Positions 17,301-29,513 are shown, counted from the stretch's first letter. The stretch is DNA of 64,000 bases from an uncultured virus (IMG/VR IMGVR_UViG_3300029305_011402) (IMGVR_UViG_3300029305_011402); one strand, 5' to 3'. Made by a program: numbers and translations. Notes: a model not told the origin generated them from the sequence alone.

Positions 17301-20300
17301 AAGTAATTTCGTTTAACATATCAGCAATTTCTTGCTCATAGCAACCATTTAGCATTGGGTTAAATTCGTTGTACCATTGACTAAACTCTGCAACAATACG
17401 CCTTGTTCCTGCTTGATTTAGATTGCCTCTATACTTAATGTTTGAAAGTTTGCTTATAGATTTATCAAAAACGTCACTATTGTATTGAGTTGCGTTTAAA
17501 TAATTTCCAAGTTTACTATCTTTTAGTTTTTGAGCCTTGTCAATTATACTATTTGACAGCCTGTTTATAGTTTTCAGTTCTTTATTTTGTTTAACCAAGT
17601 CGTTTATTTTATTGGTGTATTTTTCAACAAGTTTTCCAAACTTAGATTGCTCGCCCTTGTCGTCATACGCAAGTAAAATATCTCGAGTTATTTCTTGTTT
17701 TACTTGTTCTAACTGTTCTATATCTCCATAAGTATTAAGCATTTGCTTTTCAACTTTAGTGTTTAACCTTTTCTTCGCTGCATTGTACGCATCAAGCATT
17801 TCAAAGAATTGGTCTGCAGCATTTGAAGATTTAAAACTATGAAAACCCATACTTTCAAATTCTTGTGCAACAGCATCAGGTCCATAACCTCCACTTGTTT
17901 TGCCCCATTGCAAGAAAATTGTATTGTTTTTATCAAATCTGTTAAGTATTTCGCTCTTAATTGAAGATAAGTCAAATTTATTTCGTAATCTGTTCATATA
18001 AGAAACAAGGCTTTTGTCAAATTCAATGTCTGCATCTGCAGAATCTTGCCACATATCTTCAAGGACTGCATTTTGTATCATAAAGTCGGCAATATTTAGT
18101 GCTACATTTCCTCTGTAACCCTCGTCAACCCTGTTTAATTCCTTAAATAAGTATTCTATAACTTGTTTTTTATTTTTTGCGTCAAGACTGCCTGCATAAC
18201 GCTCGTCAAAGTTTAGTCGTTCAGAAATAATGGAATTGATAACACTTTCAGCCTCAGATTTTGAATAGACTTTTAATTTTGTGTTATTTGCAACAAACTT
18301 TGCTCTTTGTGCCTTTGTTAAGCCACCAACAACTTTGTTTTCTGTGTCGTCTTCGGTCTTTAGTGCAAAACGTATATCATTGTCGCTCGTTGGTGCAGAA
18401 TTAGAGGTATTTTTTACTTGATTTGCATTTAAGGCAATCCACGTTTCAACACTCCTACCAAAAGACCCCTTATCTTCAAACAAATGTATTCCGTCATACC
18501 CTGATTGTTTTAAATAATTATCAATTAGTGTCTTTGCCTTTTTGTCCACCTTGTCGTTTTCTAAACGCCACTCTTTAAGTATTTCGTCACATTTCTTGGT
18601 GCTTTCTTCAATAAGTTCGTCCAACTGTTCGTCAGACAACTCTGAAAACTGAAGTCCCTTACGACGTGCAAGTCGTTTTTCTGAAAAATATTCTTCAAAC
18701 AAATCATTGTATTTTTTGTCGTTATCGGCAATTTTGCCTACAATAGCCTCATAGCCCTCAATATTTTGTTTCCAATATCTCTGAGCCTGCTCTCTATTAT
18801 GGAAAATTAAAGGGTTTGTTATATTTGCATATAGACGCATTTGCTTGTCGCCCTTTAGCCCTATATTTGCTGCTGTTGGCTTTAAGAAAATACCGTGAGG
18901 CATTTCATAATCACTATGTCCTGCACCTTGTTTGTCTGTATTAAAAACTGTAAAATCTGCATCTGTTTGGTGGTAAACAACCAACAATCGCCCTTGTTCG
19001 TCAACAACACTACTATTTTTGAAATATTCTACTTGCTTTTTGCTCAGTTTATTTCCGTTTGAGTCTTCTTTAGGTATTGCATATCTTATATCATTACTAA
19101 TAGTTGGGCGTAAATTTGTAACTTCCTTTATTTGATTTGCCTTAAAAGCGACTATTTGCGTTTCGCTATAAGTAGTGTCAATAATATCTGTATCACCATT
19201 TACTGTATCTGAAACAACTCCGTCATACCCTAATTTTTGCAAAACTTTCTTAAGTCCTTTTGGTGTAGGTAGTCCTGTTTCGTCAGTTTCTACATTAAAC
19301 TCCCTCTTGAGCCTTGAGATTGTATAATCTCTGTTTGCAAGTTCCGCTATTACTCCGTCGCCGTTATGTAAATAAAAAGGGTTTTTTATATTTAGATACA
19401 CTTCCTTGACGTTCTTTCCATATCTTGCAGCATTCTTTTTAAAAAGTGTAAAATAAAAACCGTCAGTAATAGCCCTGCCATATTGAGGTGGCATATTTCT
19501 AAAAGTATAAAAGTTGCTATCTGTGCCGTGATAAGCCACAAGCAACCTGCCTTTCTTGTCAACAATTTTACTATTCTCAAAAAAATTGATTTGTTCTTGC
19601 GTTAAAGTTCTTTTCTCGCTATCTGTTGTTGATAGAGCGAATCTAATATCTTTGTCAGAGGTCGGTCTTGTGTTGTCCGTTCTTTTGATTTGGTTTGAAT
19701 TAAAAGCAATAACGAATTTACCTTTCATTCCTACGTCAGGTTGGTCTGCTGCAGGGCTTTCTACAATTATTCCGTCGTAATTCTCTCGCACCCAATCATA
19801 AAAACTAAAATTTTCTTTTCTTTTTGTCCAAAAGAAACCGCCTTCGTGAACTTCCTCTCTTTCTGCATTATAAATAACTTCGTCCAAATCTCTTAAATTT
19901 TCAACAACAAGAGGGTTTTCTAAGTTAATATATGCAGAAATAACTCTGCCTCCAACAGAATTGCCGTTTACTGTTAAACCTTTACTGTAATTATTTGCAT
20001 ATTGTATATCTTCAGTAAAGTACATACCTGCACCATATAAGCCCGTGTGTCCATTTTTAAAAATATTGAACATATTAGGCGTTCCGTGATAAAGAACAAG
20101 CAACTTTCCATTATCGTCAACAACCTTAGTGTTTGCGAAATATCTACGTTGAGCATCTGAAAGTTTGTTTCCCTCAGAGTCCTCGTCTGATAGAGCATAC
20201 ATAATTTCGTGATTGATATTAAATTCTTGTTTTAAAGCATTATCAAATCTTTCGTTTGCCTCATATATACCGTTTTTATTCTTAATCTTGTTAATTTCTT

Positions 20301-23300
20301 TTAACGAATAAATATTTGCATATACTTCGCCCCAAATATAACGCTCAAAACTTGTAGCAGGAATTGAAGAATATTCGTTTACATAACCACTGTAATATTT
20401 TTCATATAGAGCGTCTTTTTCTTTCTGAGTTAAAACCTTATCAATCTCTGACTTATAATAACTGTACAACTCAGGGTATTCTGATTCAAAATAGTGTGTT
20501 TTTTCGTGCCTGTTTGTTGCATTAAACAAAGGAGCGACTTTATCAAGCAGCAAAAACATTTTATCTGTTGTTGGAACGTAAAAGCCTCCAACGTCTACAG
20601 ACTGATAACTTCGGTCCACAAAAAACCACGTTCTTATGCCTAATTCTGAGTTTTCTTGTTTTAAATCAATTAAATTTCTTGGAAGACAGTCAGGGTCAAC
20701 AATTCTTATTGTTTCGCCCAAATTGCCTACAGTAAAGCCGTCTGTTATCTTTCTTAAATCATAATCTTTGTATAATTTAGCAGAATTGATAACACTTACC
20801 AAAAACTCTATTGTTTCTGAGTTTTCTTGGAGGCTGAAGCCCTGTTGAATTTCTCGTAATCGCTCTGAGTAAGGCTCAGGTAATCTCCATTCTTGCTGAT
20901 TATTGTTACTATTGGCTCTTGCTTGCTCTTTGGTAATTTCTTCGTATTGTAATAAGGACTTTCTTTCTTCATTTCTCAACTCCTTTAAATCTTTTTCAAA
21001 CATTGGTATTAAGTTTTTAGGTGTATTGGCGTCTTTTATTAACCATTCATTATGGCTAATTGACGACTGTATAGCATTTAGTCTATTATTTATGTCTTTT
21101 ATTGTAAAATCAATAATTGCATTTTGCAGCCTTGCAGGAACGTCTTTTTCGTCTATTCCTTGCAATTTTTTATTATTATAAACATTTTCTTGCTCTAAAA
21201 CAAGTTTATTTTCTTTATTATCTACGTTATTGTCGTCTGATAAGGCATAATTTTTGTCGTTTACGCCAATATTTTCCACAGAATTGCTTTGTTGATACTG
21301 TGCAGCGAAAGCATCGAACAATTTTTTGTATTGTTTATATAATTTCTTTGCAGCACCTGTCAATTTTGCATCTTCAGAGTAATCTTTTGCTGATTTTTTA
21401 AAGAAATTAAGTATTTTTTCTTTTAAGGTTGGTTTATCTTGCACTAAACGTTCAAGAATATTCTTATTTACGAGTGTTTGCTCAGCAAAATGTGCATTTA
21501 TTTCGTCTGCAACTTCTACGGCTTTTCCTTTTCCTATAGCAGAGTATCTTTTTCGTATAGACTCTTTTTCTGCGTCAGTCATAACTTCCAAGCCCTCAGC
21601 AACTTGTAATACACCGTTGTCTGATTTATATATTGCGTGGGTTAATTCGTGTATAAGTACCATTTCTCCCGTTCTGCTTTTTGATTCAGGGTTAATAATA
21701 ATTCTATTATTTTTTAAATCAATAGCACCGTCAGCATATTTGCCGCTTGCTGCAACAAATGATAACTCTTTGCTAAATACAACGTTTAAACCCGAACGAG
21801 CAGAGATTCTCGCAGTTGTTAGTATAAAGTCTTCAGATATACCTGCAACACGCCCTTGTCTAATAATCGACCTTATCATACTCTTGTTTGAGTCGTTTAA
21901 TTTTGCGTAGTCTTTTATATTTTCTTTAGCATAAGCGTCTAATTGTTCAACTTCTTGCTTTAATGTTGCCTCTTGTTCGAGATTTTTTCTTATACTGTCT
22001 GCAACATTTGCATTATTTGAGTTAATTTGCTGTAAAACCTTGTTTAATTCCTTTTTGGTAAGCACTTTGCTTAACCTATTGCTTTTATAATCAAAAAGTC
22101 TGTATTTGTCGCCGTCTTTTATTATAGCAATATCTGTTTCGCCTTGAGCAAATCTATGAACGCCGTCTTGTTTTATTGCTGTAGTAACACGTGGTATATA
22201 AGATTTTGCAGTTTCTGAGCCAACTTTCATTGCGTCTTTAACAATAAGCCTTGCTTGTTTGCTTTCTTCTATACCGTTATTTTCAACAAATTTTTGTATT
22301 TTTTCTTGTAATTCTGCAGTAGTAACTCCCTCCCAAGTTTTTATGCCCAACTTTTCTGCAACAGCAGCCTTTTCGCTATCTGTAGCAGTTTCGTTAAACC
22401 TGTTAATATCAACTTGAGAGAACAGTTTTTCTCCTCTTAAAACAGAATTTTTAAATTCTGCAGTATTCATAAATAATTGTCCTGTAGCATCAACAACAGA
22501 CAACGCCCTTAAAACTGAGTTTGTTCTCATAGCGTTTGAAAAACTCTTTGCAAAAGACTTTTGGTCCGTCATATCAATTCCGTCAAGTATTTGTTCTGCG
22601 GTAAATTGTATAGCATTTCCGTTTGCATCTCTGTAATCGTATGTATTTAATCTTTGTGCTATTATTTCGGCGTTTTTAACAATGTTTTCTGCACTCTTAG
22701 CAACAAAAGGAGTAAAGACGGCGGCTGTATTTGCGTCGTTTAACATACCTAACAACATTTTTTGTTTAATTGTTTCAACTTTGCCGCCTGTTTTTTCTAA
22801 ACTTGCTGCCAATTCGTTATAAATATTCTTTACATTCTCAAAAGCAGCGTAACCTGTTTTGTTTTCTACTTCGTATTGTGAAATCTTTTCAGCATCTTCT
22901 AAGATTGAACTATCTAAACCTTTATTGTGATAGTTGCTGCCTCTAATCGTTGCTGCAGTATTTCTTGTAGTGGTATCAAAGCCTGTCATTAACGCACCAC
23001 TTAAACCACCAACAAGAGCAGAGTAACTTATTTCTTGGAGTGTAGCGTTCTTTGCATTTGGGTCATAAGTAAGACGTTTATATACAGGGTCTAAAGCAGT
23101 TTGAACACCCTCCTCAAAAGCCTCACTTATAAAGCCTTTAAACATACTTTTTACAACAGTATCTCTTGCAACTGTTTGTGTTAGTTCTTTTCCAAAAGAT
23201 TTTGATATGTTTTTAACAATAGAACCTGTACCTGCACCAATTACGCTTGAAACACCCTCTATTGCTCCCTCAGTAACACCAACCATTGCACCATAGCCAA

Positions 23301-23840
23301 ACTCTTTAGCACCTAGTTCGCCCGTTTGTCTATATGCCTCCTTAGTTGCACCACCTGCAGCACCTAAGCCCGAAACTGTTGCAGAAATAAGTCCTGCAGA
23401 AACAGCAGACAATGAGCCTCCTGAAAAGTATGCAATAGCACCTGCAGCAGCAACAGCAGCAATAGCAGGAAGACTTGAGCCAATTCCTCCTGCCACGTCG
23501 CCTGCAGTTTTCCAACCCTCGTCAGGGTTAAACCATTCGTCAGCGTGATTATAATTTACCCAATCGTTAGCAAATTGTTGCTCAGCCCAATCGTCTGCAC
23601 CAAACAATTTAGCCAAACCACCTGCAGCATAGTCCCAAATGCCCTCAATGCCACCTAAAAGCCTAAGCCTATTTTTTCAAAGAAATAACCAATGCCACCA
23701 AAGAAACCACCTTGATTTTTTGCTTCCTCTGCAGCCTCTTTTGCTCTTGTTAGAGCGGTTTGACGTTGACTTTCTGATAAAAGCGAAACGGCTCCTGTTT
23801 TATTTGAAAACTGTTCTTTAATACTTGAAAGTGTTGCCAT
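14332..23840 (-). CDS. Giant polyvalent (probably virion-injected) protein with two zincin HExxH motifs and three ART-PolyVal-like modules; frame broken near 23657
   Basis: 3094-aa ORF (14332..23616) continues the 61-aa ORF 23655..23840 in the -1 frame; HELTH and HEKTH motifs; three YH[GQ]T...G.[YF]...Y.N..NP...YDG repeats. Confidence 0.8.
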
Positions 23841-23860
23841 TTATTTACTCCTATTAAAAT

Positions 23861-26038
23861 TTATTGTAAAAATTTTTTGATATAGTCCACAATTCTGTCA
23901 GAAGTTGCAAGTCCTTTTCCTATTGCAACTCTTAAATACGCACCATTAAATGCCTCAAATTGCTCCTTAGTAACAAACTCTTTCCAATCGTAATAGCCAA
24001 ATAAACCATATTTTGCAATATCTGCCGCCATTTTGCTTGAATCGTATTTGTAATTCTCGTCTAAATCAAAAATATTATAGAATCCTTGAAGTAAGCCTGC
24101 AGGACGTTCGCCGTCGTCTGTGATAGTTAGTATGCCGTTTGTGATGCAGTTAATATGTTTTGAAGTAAGTATGCTAAAACATTCTGTTTCTTCCTCGCAC
24201 ACCTCACAGTTTGTCAACGTTGTAATACTTAAACCATTTTCAAGTGAGATATTGCAGAATTTATGTCCAATAAACTCTGTCGCATTTTCGCCGTCAATTA
24301 AAACGTATTTTCTTAAATCTGCATCAAAGAAACCGTGTCCATACAATACTTTAATTTCTGCACCGTTATCAAACGTAAGTTTTAATACTTTATAAACCTT
24401 ATTTGAGTCATAGAAGATAAATGATACAGGTGCTATATCAATCTCGCCTGTAAAGTGATTAAACACGGCAATATTATCTCCAACCTTAACATTTTCAACT
24501 TCTGTTTGTGTTCCGTCAGGTAAAGTAATCAACGTGCCTTTTGCAAAGCAGCCGCCTCCACCTGATTTATAAGCAGAATCGTATAGATTGTTGATTTTTG
24601 TAATATTGTCTGCAGATAACCAACCTGTGTCTTTAAGTTCTTTGATAATTGCTTGTGCATCTTCCTCGGCAAGTTTTTCTCCGTTTATGTAGAACACAGA
24701 CGCTGCATCAATAGCATTTGAAAGTCCTTTGTTGTATTCTTCTTTTAAACTGTCATATTGTTCTTGAGTTATATGTCCTTTGCTAAATGCCGTGTCAATT
24801 TCGTCAGTATTTGTTGTTGAGAAGTCAGCATTAACATTAGACTTATAAGAGTCGTAATAGTATGTTTGATATGTTGAAACAAGTTTATCGTATTGGTCTT
24901 GCGTAATAGAGCCATTATCAAGGGCAGATTTAATAGTGTCAAACCCACTTGTGTCTGCATTTTGCAAGAATTTATCAAAGTTTGCTGCTTGTTGGTTGCT
25001 TTTATATGTATTTGCAGCGTCTTGTAAGTCTTCTATTTGTTCAGCACTCAAGCCGTAGTTTGTTCCAAGTTGAGATAATTGTTCTGCAGAGTAATTTCCG
25101 TTATTTGCATAAGTAAGCAATTCTGTGAAATAAGACTTTTTGTTTTCCTCTTGTTGTTTTTTATATTCAGCAAGGGCAGCCTCTGTATTTGCAATGTTTT
25201 CTCCGTATGTTATTTCTGCATTTAAGTTATCTTGTAAAGCCTTTTGCTCTGCACTAAGTTTTGTGCTATCTGCAATATACTTGGCGTTTTGTTTTGTAGC
25301 CTCAGCACTTGCATTTGCGTTTTGAGTTTCTTGCCTGCTTGTTGCATATGCTTGAGAGTTTACATAATCGCTATAGCCACTATTAGACAAGCCCATTTCT
25401 GCTAACTGTTCTGCATTTTGACCGTATGTTGCCTTGTTTTGTTCATAACTCGACCTTGCATCAACAACACTTCTTTGGCGTTGTTCTTCGGCTCTTTGTT
25501 CTGCTTGTTGTCGTTGCAGTTCTGCTTGTTCTATTGTGTTTTGTTTATTCTGTTCAATAGATTCTTTTGTTTTGTCTAAATTTGCCTGTTGTTGTTCATT
25601 TCTTTTCCTTAAAAACTCCTCGTATGAGTCAATCGGTTGTGTTACAGGTTGCGTAGTGTTTTGTTGCACAGGTGCAGCAGAAACAGGTTGTCCTTGAGTT
25701 GTTCCTGTAATATTTCCTGCATAGGTTAAATTTGTTGCTCCTGATTGTTCTTGTGGTACAGGTTGGCTATTGTTTAAGTTAATGTTATAGCCGTAATAAT
25801 CTGCAGCCTTTTTAACCATTGCTTGCGACTCTGCGTCAGGTTGACTTGCGTATTGATTTTGCCACCAAGTCGCATCGTGTCCACCATACTGCAGGTTGGA
25901 GTTGTTTTGATAACTTGTATCTAATGCTTTCGGTGCTGCAGCAGCAGTTTTAACAACGGGCTGAATATCTTTTTTGTTGTTTGCTATATGCAAGTTTTTT
26001 CCATAACTTGTATCTAAAATATTCTTTTTATTTGTCAT
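23861..26038 (-). CDS. Putative internal virion/ejection protein with a C-terminal Hint domain
   Basis: Q/A/N-rich coiled coil with LAEMGLSNSGYS motif; SGGGG-CFAKGTLITLPDG...VKVGD...HGF...NGILT Hint signature. Confidence 0.8.
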   Translation of the reverse strand: MTNKKNILDTSYGKNLHIANNKKDIQPVVKTAAAAPKALDTSYQNNSNLQYGGHDATWWQNQYASQPDAESQAMVKKAADYYGYNINLNNSQPVPQEQSGATNLTYAGNITGTTQGQPVSAAPVQQNTTQPVTQPIDSYEEFLRKRNEQQQANLDKTKESIEQNKQNTIEQAELQRQQAEQRAEEQRQRSVVDARSSYEQNKATYGQNAEQLAEMGLSNSGYSDYVNSQAYATSRQETQNANASAEATKQNAKYIADSTKLSAEQKALQDNLNAEITYGENIANTEAALAEYKKQQEENKKSYFTELLTYANNGNYSAEQLSQLGTNYGLSAEQIEDLQDAANTYKSNQQAANFDKFLQNADTSGFDTIKSALDNGSITQDQYDKLVSTYQTYYYDSYKSNVNADFSTTNTDEIDTAFSKGHITQEQYDSLKEEYNKGLSNAIDAASVFYINGEKLAEEDAQAIIKELKDTGWLSADNITKINNLYDSAYKSGGGGCFAKGTLITLPDGTQTEVENVKVGDNIAVFNHFTGEIDIAPVSFIFYDSNKVYKVLKLTFDNGAEIKVLYGHGFFDADLRKYVLIDGENATEFIGHKFCNISLENGLSITTLTNCEVCEEETECFSILTSKHINCITNGILTITDDGERPAGLLQGFYNIFDLDENYKYDSSKMAADIAKYGLFGYYDWKEFVTKEQFEAFNGAYLRVAIGKGLATSDRIVDYIKKFLQ

Positions 26039-27978
26039 TGTTTACCTCCACCAATTTGCGACATTAAGTAATTTGAATAGTCTTTTCGGTTTTGTACTTC
26101 TGCTTTTAAGCCCTCGTTTTCGGCTTGCAGAAGTGCCATTTGTTCTTGACGCTGTATTTCTCCTTTTATTCTCTCAACGTTATCGTGAGCCCAAGGGTAA
26201 TGTGCGTTCTCCATATTTTGCCAAAAGATAAGCAAAGTGTAAATAGAGTCTGTTGGTCCATAAGCCCCTGAAGTAAAGTTCGCTCTATTTTCTTGCCAAA
26301 GCGTTTCTCTTGACTTTTCAATATCAATAGTTGCGTCTGCAGCAAATAAATATTCGTCGTTATAGTAATATTCGCCCGATATATCTCTTTCAATAAAATC
26401 ATAACGATTAAATATTCTGTTTTGAAGTCTGCCTTGAGAATCTTTATAAACGCTTGGTCTTGGTTCGTCTGCATAGGCAAGATAATATTCAAATATAATT
26501 TTATCTATTTCTGCGTAAGCAGCGTTTTTCATTTGACGTTTACTATCAAGACGTCCTGCAGCCTGATTAACCTGTATTTGTTTTGCTTTTCCACTTTGAG
26601 CACTTGAGTCGTATTGTCCTTGATAACTGTCTGTAATTCCTAAAATACGCTTTGCTTGGTCGTACAGTCTTTCAGACTGAGCAATATCTCTTGAAATATC
26701 TACTTGCAAATCAATTCTTCCAAAAAGTTTATAATTTGCTTGACTCGCCCTAAATACTTTTTTAAATATAGAGTTGTCTAAATCTCCACTAAAGGTATCT
26801 GGAACAATAGGGTAAACGCCTCCACCGAATAACTTTTCAGCAATTCTGCTTTCAATCTTATTGATGCCTTGTTGTTGTGGTCTTATAAACTCACAGTCTG
26901 ACTGTCCTAAAAGACTGTCCTCCTCAGAAGTGTTTTTTCTGATAACAATAGGAAATGTTTTAGGAGTATAGAAAGGCAATTTTGTCTTTTCCATTTTAGG
27001 CACTAAAGCGTCTGCCATAATAGGAACAGCAACTCCGTTTAAATCTTCTAACGCAACCTCTCCATTTTCTAAAACAACTTGTCTTTTAACTGTTTCCATA
27101 ACAACTTGTCCGTTTTCTATAACTTCACTCATTGCAGGAATAACTGTGCCGTCAGAGCAAACTATATCTCTATCTAACTCCTCGTAATCTTCGTTTACAA
27201 GTTCATATTTTGGCTTTTCGCAATTACACAATTCTTCACGCTTGCCACAAACCTTGCAGATTCTGCGTTTGCGTGCATAGTAATCTGTAATGTCGGACAG
27301 TTCTGTGTCTGCACTCCAAATATATTGACAAACTTTGTCGTTGTCGTCTTTGTAATAACAAACATACAGAGTCGCCGTCTTGTCGTCAGCACTTTCTGTA
27401 GAGTCTGTTTCTTCTACTGTTTCAGGAGTTACGCCATATTTGCGTATAATGTCCTCTTTTGTTGTTTCAAATGAAATAAAGCAGTATTCCATTTCCTGCA
27501 CGTCATAAATATTTGGTTGCCCCGTAAACTTCTTTGGACTCAAACAGGTGACTTTAGCATCGCCCACAGTATTATGTGTGACAATCGAGTTGTCCCACTC
27601 TACAAGCCAAACAGAGCCACCATAAATAGGGTTATATCTTTCGTCTATGTCATTTTGTTTCTCAAAAGGTAATTCGTTCCTTTTGTTTCTTAGCAAAGTT
27701 TCAATGTTCTTTGCGTTGCGTTCGTTTCTATCACTAAACATTTTAGGAGTAACAGACGGGTTAGGTAAATAACTTGTTACTTGACTCTCTACGAGTTCGT
27801 AAGTAATATTTCTAACTTGTTTTGCCTCCTCGTCAGAATTATCAATTTTTCTGCTGCCTTTATATTGCTCAATGTGTTGCTCAAGTTTTTCGTATTTTTC
27901 TTCAGCAAAACTTCGAGCCTCTCTATAAAGGTTTTGAAAGAACGCCAATTTACTTGAATTTTCAATTTCTATTTTCAT
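26035..27978 (-). CDS. Portal protein
   Basis: 647 aa directly after TerL; GITDSYQGQ...AQSGKA..IQ..QA motif of P22-like portals. Confidence 0.85.
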   Translation of the reverse strand: MKIEIENSSKLAFFQNLYREARSFAEEKYEKLEQHIEQYKGSRKIDNSDEEAKQVRNITYELVESQVTSYLPNPSVTPKMFSDRNERNAKNIETLLRNKRNELPFEKQNDIDERYNPIYGGSVWLVEWDNSIVTHNTVGDAKVTCLSPKKFTGQPNIYDVQEMEYCFISFETTKEDIIRKYGVTPETVEETDSTESADDKTATLYVCYYKDDNDKVCQYIWSADTELSDITDYYARKRRICKVCGKREELCNCEKPKYELVNEDYEELDRDIVCSDGTVIPAMSEVIENGQVVMETVKRQVVLENGEVALEDLNGVAVPIMADALVPKMEKTKLPFYTPKTFPIVIRKNTSEEDSLLGQSDCEFIRPQQQGINKIESRIAEKLFGGGVYPIVPDTFSGDLDNSIFKKVFRASQANYKLFGRIDLQVDISRDIAQSERLYDQAKRILGITDSYQGQYDSSAQSGKAKQIQVNQAAGRLDSKRQMKNAAYAEIDKIIFEYYLAYADEPRPSVYKDSQGRLQNRIFNRYDFIERDISGEYYYNDEYLFAADATIDIEKSRETLWQENRANFTSGAYGPTDSIYTLLIFWQNMENAHYPWAHDNVERIKGEIQRQEQMALLQAENEGLKAEVQNRKDYSNYLMSQIGGGKQ

Positions 27979-29513
27979 AACTCTGGTTCTCCATATCTTT
28001 TAATAATTGCCTGCCTTTCTTCTTCAGAGCGAGCGTTTAAATAATCTTCCATAATGTCAGGGCGATATTTAACTTTCTTACTCTGTTTAGGTGCAGGAGG
28101 TTGCGTCCACGATATTGCAAAGTATCTTAACGCATCAGGTGCGTGTGTTAGTTCGTGAGGCTCTTTTAAACAGTCGTTAGGGTTCTTTTCGTCTATCAAT
28201 AGTTGAGGAAGTGTTCTTATTAAGTTTCTGCACGTCCTGAATATTTTTAAACGTGTAATTTGAGTTCCGTCGGGTGCAGTCTTTACTTTTAAAAGTTCTT
28301 TGATAGCACTCCAACCTGCAGCCCTGTCATTGTTAGACTGTATAAGTTCAAGCCCGTTCTCATAGAAAACAAACGCTCTGCTTTTACCTGTTTCTTGGTT
28401 TCTATTCCATAAGTCAGGAGGAGCAAGTCTTGTTCTTGGCAAATACCAATTATCAACACTTCCGTCTTCATTTTCTATAAGTTCTGTAGTTTTAACTCTT
28501 GCTGCAGCATCTGATATTATTAAGCCACTCTCGTATATTTCGTGGAACACATAAGCAACGTTTTCGTTGTCTATGGCTACTTTATAATGAGCAAACATAT
28601 CTAAACCGTAGTCCATTGTGTTGTAGATAGTCCAATCTTCAGGAATTTTGAAAGGCTCGCAAGTATGCACGTTATAATCAAACTCATTGAAGAAACTTCC
28701 ACCTAAATTGCTTAAAGCCTCCTCAGCAGTTCTTGGGTATTCTTGTTTAACCTTAATTCCTAAATCTTTTGCTGTGCTTTCGTACCATTCCTGCGTTCTA
28801 CGAGGGTCAGAGAATACAGAAAGGAATATTTTGTTAAAGGCGTTGTCTTCTAACCACAACTTTTCAAATAACGTGCCTTTCTTTATGGTAGATAAGCCAA
28901 TAACTTTACCACCTGTAGGACGGTTGATTGTCGGGTATGCAGAAGTCCATATTTCTTCAGCGTATTCTTGGAACGCCCATTCGTCAAGCAATAGAATATT
29001 TCCTGTAAACGAACGTCCTGCAGCAGGAGATGCTGGGAACGCTTTAAACGTTGAAATAAGTTTTCCTGCATCATTTGTAATTGTTACGGCTGTAGACGTA
29101 GAAGACCACTTTAAGCCGCCGCCTTTCATTATTTCAGGCATATTGTCAAGAATAACACTCATACGCCTTACTAACTCTTTTGCATCTTCCTCTGTTTTTG
29201 ACAGAGCAACAACGGTGTGACCTAAATTGAAAATTAAATCGTGTGCACAGAAGTACAGCGAAATCCACGTAATACCCATTTGCCTTGCTTTAAGTATTAA
29301 GTTTAATCTATTCTTTTCAAAGTCACGCAAAGTTTGGTTTTGTGCCTCCCAACCTTGAAATGGTACAATAATATCAGGAGAGTCTTTATCTTCAATGACG
29401 CAGTAATTGTTAGCCCAATAGACAACGTCTGTTCTACAATACTCAAACTCTGCCTTAAATATCTTGTTTATATATTCCGTGTAGTTAGTTGCACTTATTG
29501 TTTTTTTCGGCAT
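27975..29513 (-). CDS. terL: Terminase large subunit
   Basis: KARQMGIT (Walker A), LLLDE (Walker B), nuclease motifs DYG and HAPDALRY; start at MPKK after a GAGGAG-type RBS. Confidence 0.93.
   Translation of the reverse strand: MPKKTISATNYTEYINKIFKAEFEYCRTDVVYWANNYCVIEDKDSPDIIVPFQGWEAQNQTLRDFEKNRLNLILKARQMGITWISLYFCAHDLIFNLGHTVVALSKTEEDAKELVRRMSVILDNMPEIMKGGGLKWSSTSTAVTITNDAGKLISTFKAFPASPAAGRSFTGNILLLDEWAFQEYAEEIWTSAYPTINRPTGGKVIGLSTIKKGTLFEKLWLEDNAFNKIFLSVFSDPRRTQEWYESTAKDLGIKVKQEYPRTAEEALSNLGGSFFNEFDYNVHTCEPFKIPEDWTIYNTMDYGLDMFAHYKVAIDNENVAYVFHEIYESGLIISDAAARVKTTELIENEDGSVDNWYLPRTRLAPPDLWNRNQETGKSRAFVFYENGLELIQSNNDRAAGWSAIKELLKVKTAPDGTQITRLKIFRTCRNLIRTLPQLLIDEKNPNDCLKEPHELTHAPDALRYFAISWTQPPAPKQSKKVKYRPDIMEDYLNARSEEERQAIIKRYGEPEL

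Noticed and set aside
14332..23616. Tape measure protein
   Set aside because: No tail tube or chaperone genes; it lies upstream of the head genes and contains enzymatic modules
24125..24550. Canonical splicing intein
   Set aside because: No terminal His-Asn followed by Cys/Ser/Thr and no endonuclease; treated as a cleavage-type Hint domain
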